A stretch of 63,477 nt of DNA, counting the filler, from Octopus bimaculoides (taxonomy: Eukaryota), in NCBI RefSeq assembly GCF_001194135.2. It is 5 parts of 4 records of this genome, joined end to end, with 100 filler letters (N's around TTAATTAATTAA, not from the genome) between each part and the next. Parts side by side here need not be neighbours in the genome. Positions count along the whole stretch, not along the records: positions 57,218 to 63,477 come from NC_068984.1; 4 more parts are not named here. One strand, given 5' to 3'. The notes below the pieces were generated by a model, which did not search any database, was not told the origin of the DNA, and was given only the letters and a program-made list of their open reading frames with translations. The translations under genes and the position numbers were made by a program. Below, piece after piece: positions 62,931 through 63,477 of this stretch; position 1 is the stretch's first letter; the number at the start of each line of letters is the position of its first letter.

Positions 62931-63145
62931 TAAGGCAGCAAGCTGGCAGAATCATTAGCATACCGGGTGAAAAGTTCAGTGGTATTTTGTCCAGCTGCAT
63001 GTTCTGAGTTCAAATTCTGCTGTAGTCAGCTTTGCCTTTCATCCTTTTGGTGTTGATAAATTAAGTACCAGTTGAGTACTGGGATCAATGTGATCGACTG
63101 ACCCTCCCCCACAAACTCCAGGACTTGTGCCTATAGTAGAAAGGG
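62667..63145 (+). mobile_element. Two tandem full-length SINE family B copies separated by (ATT)n
   Basis: 62667-62878 and 62932-63145 each begin aaggcag..agctggcagaatc.ttagca. Confidence 0.92.
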
Positions 63146-63477
63146 TTATTATTATTGTTCAGTAGTTTTATTTTTATAACGTGCTTTCACTTCACTACCG
63201 AGCGCAGCTCTGTGTGCCTTGGGTATGTGCTGTGGTTTGCTGTGATGCTCTTATGGTTACTGTATTGAAAGCGTTTTGCGTAGGATGTGTGCAGTACCCA
63301 GTAGTGCAATTTTCTGTATGTTATATATATTTGTAAGTCCTGGTGTTTTTGTTATGTATTTGCCTGAATATTTTTTTATTATACCTAAGGCACTTACTAT
63401 GATAGGAATTGTTTCTGTTTTTAGATTCCACATTCGAGTTACCTCTATTTCCAGGTCTTTGTATTTTGGAAGTTTTT

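Overview
Repeat-saturated eukaryotic genomic DNA; the SINE and microsatellite content suggests a coleoid cephalopod, probably Octopus (inference). About 11 kb (~18%) is N. Four artificial 100-nt linkers (N44-TTAATTAATTAA-N44) show that the window is five concatenated pieces (1-19554, 19655-26972, 27073-34811, 34912-57117, 57218-63477), so adjacency across linkers is not biological. Nearly all ORF-track entries are microsatellite or N-gap artefacts. The only confidently recognisable host coding sequence is the 3' part of a Rho-family GTPase lacking a CAAX box (21135-21368, +); a few unassigned candidate exons also occur. The rest is dead mobile DNA: three D34D-type mariner elements, one DD37D element, a hAT fragment, RTE LINE and Penelope-like (PLE) remnants, MITEs and several tRNA-derived SINE families that swap modules. 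The most interesting signal is two short PLE-like repeat families carrying minimal type I hammerhead ribozyme motifs. One family has a non-canonical CUGUUGA core in both informative copies; the other forms an inverted pair. A possibly permuted hammerhead-like motif lies at 27451-27520. All calls are by eye; no database searches or folding programs were run.
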